Below are positions 61,975 through 64,000 of a stretch of DNA of 64,000 nt, piece by piece. Made by a program: the position numbers and the translations under genes. Position 1 is the first letter of the stretch. Every line of letters starts with the position of its first letter. Source of the DNA: an uncultured Planctomycetota bacterium (lineage in GTDB: Bacteria > Planctomycetota > Planctomycetia > Isosphaerales > Isosphaeraceae); the NCBI GenBank assembly GCA_963823665.1, contig CAWGMQ010000004.1, positions 1,024,001 to 1,088,000 on the forward strand. Direction: 5' to 3'. The notes below the pieces were generated by a model. That model saw only the letters and a list, made by a program, of their open reading frames with translations. It was not told the origin of the DNA and searched no databases.

Positions 61975-64000
61975 CTACGGGAGAATCTGGCTGGCGATTG
62001 CACGGTCGGTGATCGACAGGTCGTCCGCAAGCATCAGGGCCTTGCTCAGAATGACCGAGAGACGCGTGTCGCCTTCGAAGGGGAGGAACACTGCGCTGTC
62101 AGGCTTGGCTTGCTGCGCGGGGACGATGCAGAGATACCTGTTATCAGGATCCATCATGATGTTGCCGCTGCCGAGATGAATCCGGTAGGTGCGCAACTGG
62201 CCGCGAACTACCAGAAATCGGTCGCTGATCGTGCAGCGATCCGCGATCTTCGACTGCGGTACGATGCGCTCGAGCGCGGCCCTGCGGGAGAGGGCCGTTT
62301 CGGAAAGCTCGCCGAAGGCATAGTCGTGCCAGTACTGGGCATGTCGGCCCTCGGGGCCGCCGTCAGCCCAGGTGGGATCGTTGCCGACGCCAGCGACACC
62401 CACAAACAGGTCAACGTCGCGCATGACCTCGGAGAAGACGAGCGGCGGCACCTGGTCCAGTGGCAGCGGGTCGCGCGAGCCCATCGGGCAGAATCGAACT
62501 TGATCGGTCGAGAGATATGTGAAGCCGCCCGCGTGTGCGTATTCGTCGCCGGCGCCATGCGTCCAGAGTTCCGCGCGGAGAGCCCAGTCCGGTAGCTCGC
62601 GCTCGGCGAATTCGTCGTCGACTGAGCTCCAGTGCCCGAGGTACCTGGTTTTCCACCGGCGTGTCTTCGCGAGGGCGCGAAACTGACTTTGTCTGAGGAT
62701 GTGAGCAGCAAAGCGGTTGGAGTAGGTTGCCGAGGAGCGTTCCGCGTCGGTCAGCAGGTAGACCTCGCGATGTGCTTGTTTGAACGGCTGGGTCACGTTG
62801 CTGTCTGCAAGAAGTTGCCGCCAGTGCAGCACATCAGCGACGGGCGAGCCGAGGGGATGCCAGACCGAGACGCGAGCTGCATCGGACAACGCGAGCGGAC
62901 GGCCTTCGTTATTCACGAGCGAACGGCCATCAAAAGCGCCGATGGTCACGGCGCCCTCGTGATCGAACGCCCACAGGATTCTCCGGCCGATTGTGCCGGC
63001 TACCGGATGGTCGAAGTATTTGTGCCGCCAGTCAGCCACACTCCATGATCGCCGTTCGAGCGGCGCGAACTCGAGCTGCTGCCGCACGGTTGCCAGCGTG
63101 CTTTCCACTTCCTTCACGGCCGCTTTCAGGCTCCGAAGTTCGGCTTCATGGGCACGCTTGACCTACGCCGGAATGCTCTTCTGCTCTTCGCCGCTCGGTT
63201 TGAACCAGCGAAGGTCGATGGCTCCGGAAGCCGTCACGACGAGCTCGGCCTTGAAGCTGGAGAGCACTTCGACGCGTCTGCCGATCTCGCTGAAGCTCGA
63301 CGTCGGGAGGGGCACATCACTCCGCGCCTCGAGCGGCACGCCAGCGCGGCCTGCAACGACCGCCCGGGCCGCCTCGATCAGCTCTTTCTGGATCTCGGCT
63401 TTCACCTGGTTTTGTAGAAACGCCAGCTCTTCCAGAGCGGTTGGGGCAGGTATCCGTGCGAGAACCCAGACGGCGAATCGACCGAGCGGGGAATTGTTTC
63501 GAAAGAAGAATTCGGCGGCGATACGCACGGCGCGGGCCAGCTCCGCATCGCTCGAATGCTCGTAGGTACATAGTATCCCGCGCAGGATTTCCCGGTTGAC
63601 GGAGAACTGCGATAGCGTGCTCGGCTTCGAATCGGGAACGGCGAGGAGCCATTTGAGGCGCAGCGATTGAAACGGCTCGGCTCCGATCGCCGCGATCTGC
63701 TCGCTGCTCGCCCGGGACCAGGCGTCCGACGCGCTTCGCAGGAAAAAGAGCCGCAAGCGCTCCCGGTGAAATGCCTCGAGATCCGGGATGTCGAGCTGGA
63801 TTTCGCCTGATTCGATATCCCAGTCGGTGGCGGGCGGTTCCGGTAAGGCCGCGCTCGCGTGGCTCAGAAACGCATTCCATTTCTGACGATCCGCATCGTT
63901 CATGCGGGCGAGGTCCTGCGACATCAAATCAGCCCAGCCGTCGTCGGGTTTCAGCCGCGCGGCGACCGAGTCGCTTGAGAGCCGGCTGATAGGATGATTC
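61975..64000 (-). CDS. DUF4132-type protein, partial, with an in-frame TAG at 63163-63165
   Basis: GEEQKSIPA*VKR, HPVAG..GRRILW, WHPL, QPFKQAHREVY, VFSEVMRDVDL; the two ORF-track pieces share a frame and it stays open to the window edge. Confidence 0.8.

Noticed and set aside
5524..63165. Amber recoding of the genome, suggested by two in-frame TAGs
   Set aside because: TAG is a normal stop for the secretin, FRG and DUF4132 genes, and the TIR TAG lies in an otherwise decayed gene

Overview
This is a GC-rich bacterial window. Its gene content (ECF sigma with long C-terminal extension, giant Ser/Thr kinases, STN-like repeats, LRR proteins) suggests a Planctomycete; that is inference. I saw no rRNA, tRNA, CRISPR array or intact transposase. 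Contents in order: partial RND gene, Pnkp remnant, two 128-bp MITE-like elements, an acyltransferase, a decayed TIR / NB-ARC-WD40 locus next to an FRG gene, SDRs, a CheB-like protein, a G1 glutamic peptidase, a KaiC-like ATPase, a CpaC-type secretin module, a TolC-RND-MFP efflux operon, nitrilase and aldehyde dehydrogenase, LRR/DUF4261/TA cassettes, a BNR protein, an ECF sigma factor, a VIT-vWA protein, a protease/MBL-hydrolase operon and a DUF4132 gene. Four things stand out. (1) Two paralogous membrane receptor kinases share an N-terminal domain with a HEPN-type RNxxxGH motif but carry unrelated extracytoplasmic sensors, an Ire1/RNase L-like logic. (2) An astacin / Ig-like / duplicated M4-like peptidase / MBL hydrolase operon. 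(3) A 92-codon in-frame insert between the zinc ligands of one peptidase copy. (4) A -1 frameshift-like signal joining the TIR ORF to the NB-ARC ORF. About a dozen single frameshifts, some at homopolymers, suggest indel errors in the assembly, so split genes may be intact in vivo. All product calls come from motif recognition, not database searches.
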